Source: Candidatus Scatovivens sp. (GTDB taxonomy: Bacteria; Bacillota; Clostridia; TANB77; CAG-508). Taken from it: 64,000 nt of DNA. Every line of letters begins with the position of its first letter. The first letter of the stretch is position 1. This document shows positions 40,180-49,286 of the stretch, in pieces. The notes under the pieces are model-generated. The model worked only from the letters and a program-made list of their open reading frames with translations. It was not told the origin of the DNA and did no database searches. Location: NCBI GenBank assembly GCA_045646345.1, contig JAZRKN010000017.1, positions 1 through 64,000 of the forward strand. Direction: 5' to 3'. The position numbers and the translations under genes are program-made.

Positions 40180-43100
40180 ATGGACGAAACAGAGAATTTT
40201 GTGAAATTTATAAAAGAGAAATTTAGTTATAACGAAATTCGTATGGCAAAATTTATTAATGATACTGATTTACTAGCATATACAATGCTTACGGAAAAGG
40301 CAAAAGAAGGTGATAAGATAATAGATAAACCAACAAATGTTATTGAGTTATCTTATTTAAAATTATGTGCAAAAACTTTCGATGATTCAGAAAATTTATT
40401 AGAAAAAATATTCATGTTTTATGTTGGATATGCATTAAGAGAATATAAAAATACATGGAAACTAAATTTAAATAATTTAGAAGTAGATTTAAAAGCAAAA
40501 TGTTCTTATTGTAATATTGATAGTAATTCTTGTCCGTTTAAACTTGTTTCTTATATAAAAAAATGTATTGCAGATAATAATTTTGATTCAAAAAGAGTAT
40601 TTAATATGTTAGTTGATAAGTATTATATTGAATATTCCAAAGATCAATATTTTTCAGAATATGTAGAACAAGCGATTACAGAACTTGTTAAAAACAATAT
40701 GGATTTAGTTGCAACAGGAATGTTAATAGAATCAGATGCAGTTACAATTGAAAAAGAAGAAAATGGAAAATTATATTATAGATATATAGATTTTAATGTT
40801 AGAAATAATTCATTCTTTAATAACTTAAATGATTATTTTAAAGACAATCAAGGTCTATGGGGTGAATTTGATTTATCTGAAATAAGATTTAAAGATAGTG
40901 GATCATACCTTTTTGAAAAATCACCAATTGAACTTGCAGTATATATTAAATATTTATGTCAAAAAAATAATCTAGATCCAATGGAGATATTAGACAAAAT
41001 ATTAAACAAAAGAAACTTTAAAGAAAGTGAATTTAGAATTGCTTACTATAATCAATATGTACATGCTGTTCGTGAATTAGAATGTACAGATAAAGAAAAA
41101 GATGAAATAATTTCAATATTAACTTACATAAGAAATTATTACTTTAATGAAGATTTACCATATATTCATTTTAATATAGCGTTATATACGAAAAATACTA
41201 TTATTTCAGATAAAGTAGTTAATATAATAAACAGATATGTTAGAACATTTAATTATATCACCAATAAAGGTACTATCTGGGTAGATGCAGAAATGATAGT
41301 AAAAAGAACTAAAGATTCTACAGATATGATAATGCAAATAGATAAAATCTATAATGAAAATGATGTTGTTGTTTTTGAAAACTTTGATAAAGTAAAAACA
41401 TTAAATGAATATAGGGTAGACGCATTATTTACAGCAATTGAGAAATTTTACAATAAAAATAAAAAATCAATAACAATAATAGTTGGAAATGAGAATGTCA
41501 TTAAAGATGCAATGCAAAAACATCAAGATATTTATAATAATATAATAAATAAATGTATTTATCTTGGAGGATTTGAAGCATCTGCAATTAAAAATAGAAT
41601 AGAAAAACGTTTAGAAGGAATAATGAAAATTGATGAAGAATTTTCAGAAAAACTTCAAAAATATATTGAAGCAACTTATTATTCAGATTATGTAGATGAA
41701 TATTCATACATAGATAATGTATACAATATGATTGTATTCGATAAATTTAAAAACTTAGAGATTGTTCCATTCTTTGGAAAAGAAGATGCTCCAAAAGAAG
41801 CAAATACAAGAGAAGTTGAAGAAATCTTAAATGATTTAAACGGATTAGTAGGACTTACAGAAGTAAAAGAGAATGTTAAAGAAATATTAAAATATTTAGA
41901 TTACAGTAAAAAAATCGATACAGAAGGTTTTGTAAATTTAAATATGATATTTAAAGGTAATTCTGGAACAGGAAAAACAACAGTGGCGAGACTACTTGCA
42001 GAGTTATATTATAAATTAGGATTTATAAAAGAGAACAAAATAATAGAAGTAACAAGTAAAGATTTGATAGGTTCTCACCTTGGAGAAACAGCTCCAAAAA
42101 CACAAGCTGTTATTGATTCAGCGTTAGGCGGAGTATTATTTATAGACGAAGCATATTCAATAATGGCAAGTAAAGGTGGTTCAGCATCAAATTATCCAGC
42201 AGAATGTATTGCAACGCTATGTAAAGCAATGGAAGTTCATAAAGATAATTTGATTATAATTTTAGCTGGATACACAAAAGAGATGAACGATTTTATTAAT
42301 GCAAATCAAGGATTAATGTCAAGGATTGGCTATGAATTAGAATTTCCAGATTTTTCTAAAGCTGAATTAATGCAAATATTTGATGATGAAGTTAAAGGAA
42401 ATGAATTCACTTTAGAAGAGGGTGTATGGCAAAAGATAGAAAAAATTGTTACTAAAAATAAAGTTGGAAGAAACTTTGGAAATGCACGTTTTGTAACAAA
42501 TCTTTTTGATAGATTAGTTTTAACACACGCTGCAAATTATCAAGATGAAAATCAATTAAAAGTTATAACAAATCGTGATGTTGATATTTATAATGAAACT
42601 AAAAAAGATAAAAGCCGTGGCGTAGATGAAATATTAAATGAATTAAATTCATTAATAGGACTTCAAAAAGTTAAAGAAACAATAGATGGTTTCGTATCTA
42701 TAATAGAATTAAATAAAAAGTTAGATAGAGTTCCTGATTTTAATATGCATATGATTTTTAAAGGAAATGCTGGAACAGGAAAAACAACAGTAGCGAGATT
42801 ACTTGCTGAGATTTATTATAACTTAGGATATATAAAGAAAAATAAACTTATAGAAGTACAATCTCAAGATTTAATTGGAGAGTTCTTAGGGCAAACAGGT
42901 CCAAAAACACAAGCAGTTATTGATTCTGCTGTAGATGGAGTTTTATTTATTGATGAAGCATATTCAATAATGGAACACAGTGGAACAAATGCAAGTTATT
43001 CTGCAGAATGTGTAGCTACTCTTTTGAAAGCAATGGAAGATTATCAAGGTAGATTAATAATAATCTTTGCTGGTTATACAGAAGAGATGAAGAAGTTTAG

Positions 43101-43440
43101 AGATTTAAATCCAGGATTAAAATCAAGAGTAGGATATGAAATTGACTTTGAAGATTATTCGTTAGAAGAACTTGTACAAATATTTGAGAAAAAAGTTTAT
43201 GATAAGCAATTTAAATTCAATGAAGAAGCAAGACAAAAAGTTGAAGATATCTTGAGAAAAGCAAAAGAAGTAGAGAACTTTGGTAATGGTAGATTTGTTG
43301 AAAACATGGTTCAAAAAATAATAATTGAACATGCTAAAAACACAAGAGGAATAGATGATTATGAAAGACTTGTAACATTTACTAAAGAAGACATTTCAGA
43401 AATAAAAGCAGAAGAATCTAAAAAACGAATTGGATTTTAA
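40180..43440 (+). CDS. SpoVK/CbbX/EccA-like AAA+ ATPase with tandem AAA modules
   Basis: Two intact modules (LVGL..VK, FKGNxGTGKTTVAR, GVLFIDEAY, AGY, SR, FGNxR) preceded by a degenerate one; ends KKRIGF. Confidence 0.9.
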   Translation: MDETENFVKFIKEKFSYNEIRMAKFINDTDLLAYTMLTEKAKEGDKIIDKPTNVIELSYLKLCAKTFDDSENLLEKIFMFYVGYALREYKNTWKLNLNNLEVDLKAKCSYCNIDSNSCPFKLVSYIKKCIADNNFDSKRVFNMLVDKYYIEYSKDQYFSEYVEQAITELVKNNMDLVATGMLIESDAVTIEKEENGKLYYRYIDFNVRNNSFFNNLNDYFKDNQGLWGEFDLSEIRFKDSGSYLFEKSPIELAVYIKYLCQKNNLDPMEILDKILNKRNFKESEFRIAYYNQYVHAVRELECTDKEKDEIISILTYIRNYYFNEDLPYIHFNIALYTKNTIISDKVVNIINRYVRTFNYITNKGTIWVDAEMIVKRTKDSTDMIMQIDKIYNENDVVVFENFDKVKTLNEYRVDALFTAIEKFYNKNKKSITIIVGNENVIKDAMQKHQDIYNNIINKCIYLGGFEASAIKNRIEKRLEGIMKIDEEFSEKLQKYIEATYYSDYVDEYSYIDNVYNMIVFDKFKNLEIVPFFGKEDAPKEANTREVEEILNDLNGLVGLTEVKENVKEILKYLDYSKKIDTEGFVNLNMIFKGNSGTGKTTVARLLAELYYKLGFIKENKIIEVTSKDLIGSHLGETAPKTQAVIDSALGGVLFIDEAYSIMASKGGSASNYPAECIATLCKAMEVHKDNLIIILAGYTKEMNDFINANQGLMSRIGYELEFPDFSKAELMQIFDDEVKGNEFTLEEGVWQKIEKIVTKNKVGRNFGNARFVTNLFDRLVLTHAANYQDENQLKVITNRDVDIYNETKKDKSRGVDEILNELNSLIGLQKVKETIDGFVSIIELNKKLDRVPDFNMHMIFKGNAGTGKTTVARLLAEIYYNLGYIKKNKLIEVQSQDLIGEFLGQTGPKTQAVIDSAVDGVLFIDEAYSIMEHSGTNASYSAECVATLLKAMEDYQGRLIIIFAGYTEEMKKFRDLNPGLKSRVGYEIDFEDYSLEELVQIFEKKVYDKQFKFNEEARQKVEDILRKAKEVENFGNGRFVENMVQKIIIEHAKNTRGIDDYERLVTFTKEDISEIKAEESKKRIGF

Positions 43441-43451
43441 AAATAATTAAT

Positions 43452-43490
43452 ACAAAAATAACGCTTATATTTTATAAGCGTTATTTTTGT
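43452..43490 (+). terminator. Terminator
   Basis: ACAAAAATAACGCTTATA-ttt-TATAAGCGTTATTTTTGT. Confidence 0.85.
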
Positions 43491-43519
43491 GTGTGATACT
43501 AAGAAAATGTCTGGAAGTG

Positions 43520-43548
43520 TTGAAAATACTAGTGAAAAGTGGTATAAT
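43520..43548 (+). promoter_or_regulatory. sigmaA-type promoter with extended -10
   Basis: TTGAAA-N17-TATAAT with TG extension. Confidence 0.7.
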
Positions 43549-43634
43549 AGTAGGTGAACCTTGATGCTTAACCTCATTTTCGTACTATCCAAGGAAGACA
43601 TCAGGTAAAAAAATTATTTTGGAGGTCTTAGAGT

Positions 43635-43823
43635 ATGACGACCAGCGAACCCAGAAACACGACCACTCCTATTTCCGAAGCCGAATATCTGGCAGCAAAA
43701 AAAGCACAGTATGCTTCAGAAGAGCGTGACGCAAGAGAGAAGCCTAAAAGATGGCCTTCTGTTCTGAACGTGACGGATCCGAAAAATGGAAAGAAAGTGA
43801 CCGTGTACACGAACGTCGACTGA
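43635..43823 (+). CDS. Small hypothetical protein (62 aa), GC-richer
   Basis: SD GGAGGT 8 nt before ATG; own promoter; terminator AACCACTA-gaaa-TAGTGGTT at 43918-43942. Confidence 0.65.
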   Translation: MTTSEPRNTTTPISEAEYLAAKKAQYASEERDAREKPKRWPSVLNVTDPKNGKKVTVYTNVD

Positions 43824-43832
43824 CAGCTGTGG

Positions 43833-43907
43833 GCTGCCTGCAAAGGTAGCAAGACTCTAATCTAAAGCACGCAAGTAGGGGACCTTAAAAAGTCCCCGAA
43901 GTGTTTT
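43833..43907 (+). ncRNA. Candidate structured RNA element in the 3' UTR
   Basis: GCUGCCU-GCAA-AGGUAGC GNRA hairpin, then AAAGCAC..AGUA-GGGGAC-loop-GUCCCC-GAA-GUGUUUU. Confidence 0.4.
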
Positions 43908-44045
43908 AAAAATTATCAACCACTAGAAATAGTGGTTTTTTTGTGTTTAAAAGTAAATTATTGTGAATTTTTTCTGAATAAATAAAAGAATACTTTTATT
44001 GAAAACTAAAATATGATAATATATATAAAATTAAGGAGAAAAGAA

Positions 44046-44840
44046 ATGTATAAAGCAGTTTTTTTAGATTTGGATGATACACTATTAGATTCAAATAAAA
44101 ATATTTCAGAAGAAAACCAAGAAGCAATAAAATATGTAAAAGAAAAAGGTGGGCAAGTTTTTATAGCATCAGGAAGATCAATTGAAGTTACAAAAAAATA
44201 TAGAAATTTAATTGAGGCTAATACTTATATTATTTATTCGAATGGAGCTGGAATTTTTGATTGTGATGCAAATGAGAAACTATTTTCTGCAGATATAGAA
44301 AAAGAAATTGTTTTGAAATTATATAATTATGCAATTAAAAATGATATTGGTATAAGAATAGATACTCCTTATGGAAGATATATTAATGGAGAAAAATATG
44401 CAATAAAATTGGATGTTGTATTTGAAGATGAAGGTGAAAAAATTATTATAGATAATGATATTTTACAAGTATCTTTCTTGTCAGAATCAGAAGAAAAAAG
44501 AAGTAAAGTAATAGAATTTATAAATAATAATATTCCTAAAACAGTAAAAATTGAAAATATTTTTAAAACTGGATACAATGAAGAATTTTTCGCTATTAAT
44601 TTAGTAAATACAAATGTATCAAAAGGAAATGCAATAAGCGGATTATGCAAATTCTTAAAGATTGATATAAAAGATGTAATTGCTATTGGTGATGGATTAA
44701 ATGATATATCAATGATAAAGATGGCAGGACTTGGTGTTGCAATGGCGAATGCAGAAAGTAAAGTAAAAGAAGCTGCAGATGAAATAACAAGTACAAATCT
44801 TGAAAATGGTGTTGCTAAAATTTTAAGAGCTAAATTTTAA
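44046..44840 (+). CDS. Cof-type HAD-IIB hydrolase
   Basis: FLDLDDTLL, ASGR, SNGA, SKGNA, IGDGLND; start set to ATG 44046 by SD AAGGAG. Confidence 0.92.
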   Translation: MYKAVFLDLDDTLLDSNKNISEENQEAIKYVKEKGGQVFIASGRSIEVTKKYRNLIEANTYIIYSNGAGIFDCDANEKLFSADIEKEIVLKLYNYAIKNDIGIRIDTPYGRYINGEKYAIKLDVVFEDEGEKIIIDNDILQVSFLSESEEKRSKVIEFINNNIPKTVKIENIFKTGYNEEFFAINLVNTNVSKGNAISGLCKFLKIDIKDVIAIGDGLNDISMIKMAGLGVAMANAESKVKEAADEITSTNLENGVAKILRAKF

Positions 44841-44913
44841 TGTTTATAATTAAAAGTAAATATATATTAAATTTGGAAAGGATTCTGCGAAATAAGCAGA
44901 AAAGGTGGTAAAA

Positions 44914-45540
44914 ATGGCAGTAATTGAACTTAATCATCCACTAGTTTCACACAAATTAACTGTTCTAAGAAACAAAAACACAGGTACAAAAGAATTTAGA
45001 GAAATAATAGGAGAGCTTTCAATGATTCTTTGCTATGAAGCAATGAAAGATGCAGAACTTGAGGATAAAAGAATCGAAACTCCAATATGTGCAATGGATG
45101 GCAAAAAACTAAATGAAGATAATTATGCTTTTATTCCAATTCTAAGAGCTGGAACAGGAATGCTTGATGGTTTGATAAAAGTATTACCAAATGCAAAAAT
45201 TGGTCATATAGGAATGTATAGAAATGAAGAAACATTAAAACCAGTGAAATATTATTACAAAACTCCAAAAGATTTAAGTAAAAGAGAAGTAATAGTATTA
45301 GATCCAATGCTTGCAACAGGTGGTTCTGGAATAGATGCTATTACAATGCTTAAAGAAGATGGAGCTCAAAAATTAAAATTCTTATGTATTATTGCAGCAC
45401 CAGAAGGAATTAAAAAAATGCAAGAAGCACATCCTGATGTAGATATTTATTGTGCAGCAATTGATGAAAAATTAAATGAAATAGGATATATTGTTCCTGG
45501 ACTTGGAGATGCAGGAGATAGAATTTTTGGAACAAAATAA
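44914..45540 (+). CDS. upp: Uracil phosphoribosyltransferase
   Basis: HPL..HKL, PILRAG, LDPMLATGGS, GYIVPGLGDAGDRIFGTK. Confidence 0.97.
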   Translation: MAVIELNHPLVSHKLTVLRNKNTGTKEFREIIGELSMILCYEAMKDAELEDKRIETPICAMDGKKLNEDNYAFIPILRAGTGMLDGLIKVLPNAKIGHIGMYRNEETLKPVKYYYKTPKDLSKREVIVLDPMLATGGSGIDAITMLKEDGAQKLKFLCIIAAPEGIKKMQEAHPDVDIYCAAIDEKLNEIGYIVPGLGDAGDRIFGTK

Positions 45541-45557
45541 TAAATAATAAAAGAAAT

Positions 45558-45583
45558 AGCGCCCCTAGAGATGGGGCGCTTTT
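45558..45583. terminator. Terminator between convergent genes
   Basis: AGCGCCCC-tagagat-GGGGCGCT followed by Ts. Confidence 0.75.
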
Positions 45584-45605
45584 AAAATGAATACAAAGTT
45601 CACTG

Positions 45606-45917
45606 TTACATGATAACTTTGATAACCGGAGATTTTCCTTGATCGAAAATGCGAATGAATACACCAGTTTCAACAAATGCATTTCTGCTGAATCCGGGTC
45701 TTTCTTTGATAGGTTCTTCAATAAAGAAGGTTACATTGGCGCTTTCGGCAAGTTTTAACCAGTCCGGCATTTCTTCTACTTGTTTTTGGAAGTTTTCTTC
45801 CAAGTGTTTAGCTTCGCAAAATACGATTGCTTTTTGCCGCTCTTTGTCCAATTGTTCGCCAGAGAGCTCAAACAAGTAGTGATTTGCTTTTTCTAAATAT
45901 TCAGTTAGACTTTTCAT
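45606..45917 (-). CDS. Hypothetical protein (103 aa), GC-richer
   Basis: SD AAGGGG; promoter TTGTAA-N17-TATAAT on the minus strand (45963-45991). Confidence 0.7.
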   Translation of the reverse strand: MKSLTEYLEKANHYLFELSGEQLDKERQKAIVFCEAKHLEENFQKQVEEMPDWLKLAESANVTFFIEEPIKERPGFSRNAFVETGVFIRIFDQGKSPVIKVIM

Positions 45918-46098
45918 AAAACCGCCCCTTTCTATGGTGCAAGTTTACGAGTTACAAAAATTATTATAACATAAAGTTGACATAATTACAATGATTTGGA
46001 GAAAATTTATTTTCAATAGCTTTTTAGATAGTTGAATTAGTATAAAATTAGAAAAATTATGCAAAATAATACTAATAAATTATTAAGAGGTGTTATTT

Positions 46099-47484
46099 AT
46101 GAATAGTTATTGGAATGAAAATTTTAATGAGAAAAAGTATCCGAAATTAAACAAAAATATAGATGTTGATGTATGTATTATTGGTGGAGGAATTACAGGG
46201 ATAACAACAGCATACTATTTAGCAAATAGAGGAGTAAAGGTAGCGGTACTTGAAAAAGATAAATTGTGTGAATCTACAACAGGTGGAAGTACAGGAAAGG
46301 TAACAAGTCAGCATGGGTTACTTTATAAATATTTAAAAGATTTAAATGGAAAAGAATATGCTTTAAAGTATTATAGAGCAAATGAAGATGCCAAAGAAAA
46401 TATTATTAAAATTGTAAATAAAGAAAAGATTGATTGTGATTTAGAAATAAAGAATGCATATGTATATACAGAAGTAGAAAAAGTGGTACAAGAGATAAAA
46501 GAAGAAGTGGAAGAAACAAAAAAATTAGGGATTAATTCTGAATTTGTTTCAAAAATAGATTTACCACTTGATATTTATGGGGGAATAAAATTTAATGATC
46601 AAGCACAATTTGATCCTGTAAAATACTGTTATGGACTTGCTGAAGCTATTATAAAAAACGATGGAGAAATTTATGAAGGATCAAAGGTAATAGAAACAGT
46701 AGAAGATGATGGTAAATATAATGTGATAACAAAAGAAGGAAAAGTAAGAGCTGAATTTTTAGTAATAACAACAAGATATCCAATTATAAATTTTCCAGGA
46801 TATTATTTTATGAAGATGTATCAATCCACATCTTATGCAATAATTGTGGATACGCATACTGATATAAATTATGATGGATTTTATATTAATGCAGAAACGC
46901 CAGTATTATCATTTAGAACTGTAAAGAGTGGAGATAAAAATTTACTATTAGCTGTTGGATATGATTATAAAACTGGAACAGAAATTGTTGGAAATCCATT
47001 TGAATATTTAGAAGCTAAAGTAAAGAAAATGTATCCAGAAGCAGAAGTTTTAAAGTCGTGGACAGCAGAAGATTGTATTAGTTTAGATAAGATTCCGTAT
47101 ATTGGTGATTTTTCAGATATAATGGATAATTGCTATGTAGCAACAGGATTTAATAAATGGGGAATAACAAGTTCTAATATTGCAGCTAAAATAATTACTG
47201 ACAAGATTTTAGGAAATGATAATGAATATGAAGATATTTTTGAAAGTTCAAGACTAGGAATAATTAAAAATAAAGAGGAAATGATGAATATGATAAAAGA
47301 AGCAGGAGAAGGAATAATTTTAGAAAGAATAAAAGGAAAACCAACTCCGACATGTACTCATTTAGGTTGTAAACTTTCTTGGAATCCATTAGAAGAAATA
47401 TGGGAATGTGCATGTCATGGATCGAAGTTTTCAAAAAGGGGATTTGTTATTGAAGGTCCTGCAAATAAAGATTTAGAAGAATAA
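46099..47484 (+). CDS. FAD-dependent oxidoreductase with C-terminal Rieske motif (YhfW-like)
   Basis: SYW, IIGGGITG, ATGFNKWG, CTHLGC...CACHGS; start set to ATG 46099 by SD GAGGTG. Confidence 0.9.
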   Translation: MNSYWNENFNEKKYPKLNKNIDVDVCIIGGGITGITTAYYLANRGVKVAVLEKDKLCESTTGGSTGKVTSQHGLLYKYLKDLNGKEYALKYYRANEDAKENIIKIVNKEKIDCDLEIKNAYVYTEVEKVVQEIKEEVEETKKLGINSEFVSKIDLPLDIYGGIKFNDQAQFDPVKYCYGLAEAIIKNDGEIYEGSKVIETVEDDGKYNVITKEGKVRAEFLVITTRYPIINFPGYYFMKMYQSTSYAIIVDTHTDINYDGFYINAETPVLSFRTVKSGDKNLLLAVGYDYKTGTEIVGNPFEYLEAKVKKMYPEAEVLKSWTAEDCISLDKIPYIGDFSDIMDNCYVATGFNKWGITSSNIAAKIITDKILGNDNEYEDIFESSRLGIIKNKEEMMNMIKEAGEGIILERIKGKPTPTCTHLGCKLSWNPLEEIWECACHGSKFSKRGFVIEGPANKDLEE

Positions 47485-47583
47485 ATTGACATAAAATACT
47501 TTATTTTTGCTCAAAAGTGTGTTATAATAAATAAGATACAACTATTGGAAAAAGCCGGTATAACCTAAAGGAGGTAATTTTAT

Positions 47584-47802
47584 ATGGCATGTGGTAAATA
47601 CGCAATGAATTCACCTGAAAGAGCAATCTGGGAGAAGAGAGGTAAGATCGCATCTGAAATCTTCGAAGGAAAGTCTTTGGAAGAAGTCGCTGCAGACTTC
47701 GAAATGACTGTCGAAGAAATTAAGGCCGAGATCGAAGCCATCAAGCCCGAAAATCCTGAAGCTTATAAACAAGTGATGGATGCTCTTGAGGCCAACAGCT
47801 AA
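47584..47802 (+). CDS. Small acidic HTH-like protein resembling SpoIIID
   Basis: SD AAGGAGGT; extended -10 at 47520-47528; pattern KI...I.E..K....A..F...NP....V...L aligns by eye with SpoIIID. Confidence 0.6.
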   Translation: MACGKYAMNSPERAIWEKRGKIASEIFEGKSLEEVAADFEMTVEEIKAEIEAIKPENPEAYKQVMDALEANS

Positions 47803-47881
47803 TGTCTAAAAAGATTCCAAAAGGAATCACTGGTAACAAATCGGGGGGATGCTAGTCCCCCTGGTTTTCTTTTTTAAAACT

Positions 47882-47914
47882 AAAGAGCTATACTAAAAAA
47901 GTATAGCTCTTTTT
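47882..47914. terminator. Terminator between convergent genes
   Basis: AAAGAGCTATAC-taaaaaa-GTATAGCTCTTT. Confidence 0.75.
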
Positions 47915-47925
47915 GATATTATAAA

Positions 47926-48912
47926 TTATTTTGTTTTATCTTCGTTTGATCTTTGGTCAAAAATAATATTATTAAGATCAGTTTTAATGCTGTCGTATAA
48001 GTTTTGAGTTTTTAAATATTCGGCATTAGCTTCAATAATAGAATAAAGTCTATCAATTCTTTCTTGGCTGATTGCACTTGAAGAATGCATTATTTCATAA
48101 ACTTTAGTAAATGCACATCTGTCTGGAAGTGGTGAGGTACTATCATAAATTAAAGTGTCTTCTGATAAGTCTAAGATATTTGTACTTCTGCGATAAACTC
48201 TAATAGATTTAAATAAGCTTTTATCTTTTTTTGCATGTAATTCATCTTCAAGAGTGTGTAAGTTTTGAGTAAATCCATTAATTGTATCATTGTGATATTT
48301 TAAGTCTGTATATCTTAATGGAGATGTAGAATCACCTCTTGCATTTACCATATTAAGATATCTTTCAAATATAGAAAAGGCACTTTCTTTAATTGGAACA
48401 GCTAAAGTTACAAGACTTATTTTATAATCTGTACTTGGTTCTAATTTATAGCGGGTAGCGATTTCTTTTACCCAATCTAAATCAGTCATAGTTCCAGTAA
48501 CAATAACACTAGTTCCAGGGAATTCTCTTAATATTAATTCTTGAATTATATAATAAAGTTCATAAGAAGATTGATTTGTTGCTCTTGCATAATCTTTATC
48601 TGAAATTGGTTCTTCATTTCCAGAAATTACATTATGATAAGTTCTGAACATATCCATATTTAATACTACAAAATTTTCATCTGGATTATCTGTCATGATT
48701 TTTCTAACAAGAGTATCTTTTCCAGCACCAGTAGGGGCACCTAAAAAAATCATTTGAGCAGAAGGTTTTTGAGATGTAGGTTCTTTTAATTTATAGTTAC
48801 TAATTATTTGTGCAATTAGTCCTGCGTGTTCTGGTGTTAAATATTGAATATCTGGATTTGTTATTTTTTCATATTTAATTAATTTTTCGATTTTTGAAAT
48901 AAGTTTATCCAT
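47926..48912 (-). CDS. Zeta toxin/PezT-like P-loop kinase
   Basis: IFLGAPTGAGKD, LNMDMFRTYH (cf. IDxDxFR), VIVTGT (cf. IEGT), SAFSIFERY, R....YH. Confidence 0.75.
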   Translation of the reverse strand: MDKLISKIEKLIKYEKITNPDIQYLTPEHAGLIAQIISNYKLKEPTSQKPSAQMIFLGAPTGAGKDTLVRKIMTDNPDENFVVLNMDMFRTYHNVISGNEEPISDKDYARATNQSSYELYYIIQELILREFPGTSVIVTGTMTDLDWVKEIATRYKLEPSTDYKISLVTLAVPIKESAFSIFERYLNMVNARGDSTSPLRYTDLKYHNDTINGFTQNLHTLEDELHAKKDKSLFKSIRVYRRSTNILDLSEDTLIYDSTSPLPDRCAFTKVYEIMHSSSAISQERIDRLYSIIEANAEYLKTQNLYDSIKTDLNNIIFDQRSNEDKTK

Positions 48913-49118
48913 TAATTTTTACTTCCATATTTTTTTATTAAAAGTTCAAGTTCATTTCTATCAAGAGATTTGAATAGTTTTTCTTTATCGTTTAGTAATC
49001 TTTCAAGTTCGTGTTTTAAAACTACATTTGATAAATCTTTTGAAATTTTAATATTTAGTTCAGCAATTCTTTTGTTTAAAGTATCAATGGCTAAAGCAAA
49101 TTCTATATTATTTTCCAT
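48912..49118 (-). CDS. Small helical protein, putative antitoxin
   Basis: TAATG overlap with the zeta-like gene; start 49118 (SD AAGGA) or 49127. Confidence 0.65.
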   Translation of the reverse strand: MENNIEFALAIDTLNKRIAELNIKISKDLSNVVLKHELERLLNDKEKLFKSLDRNELELLIKKYGSKN

Positions 49119-49286
49119 AAAATTCATCCTTTTTATTTTAGTAAAAATATTATATCATATGAAAAATTTTCAAGCAATAAATTTAATAATATATAGTTTT
49201 TTATTTATACGACAATATCTTTAATTTTTCCACTTTTAGTGATATAATTGTGGAAAATTAGTAGAAAAAATGAAGGAATGAATTGT

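Noticed and set aside
41821-43300. Nucleotide repeats such as GGAACAGGAAAAACAACAGT and CCAAAAACACAAGC
   Set aside because: Explained by internal duplication of the AAA module.
43628-43852. 74-aa minus-strand ORF
   Set aside because: No SD; promoter, SD and terminator all support the plus-strand ORF.
43550-43940. tmRNA, RNase P, SRP or 6S RNA
   Set aside because: Lacks their signature sequences (tRNA-like ends, GAGGAAAGUCC, SRP loop).
1824-45840. Possible CGG codon reassignment
   Set aside because: In-frame CGG occurs in several cassette genes and in the NADAR-like gene falls at a K/R position (EAKRDERL), consistent with Arg. One window cannot show reassignment.
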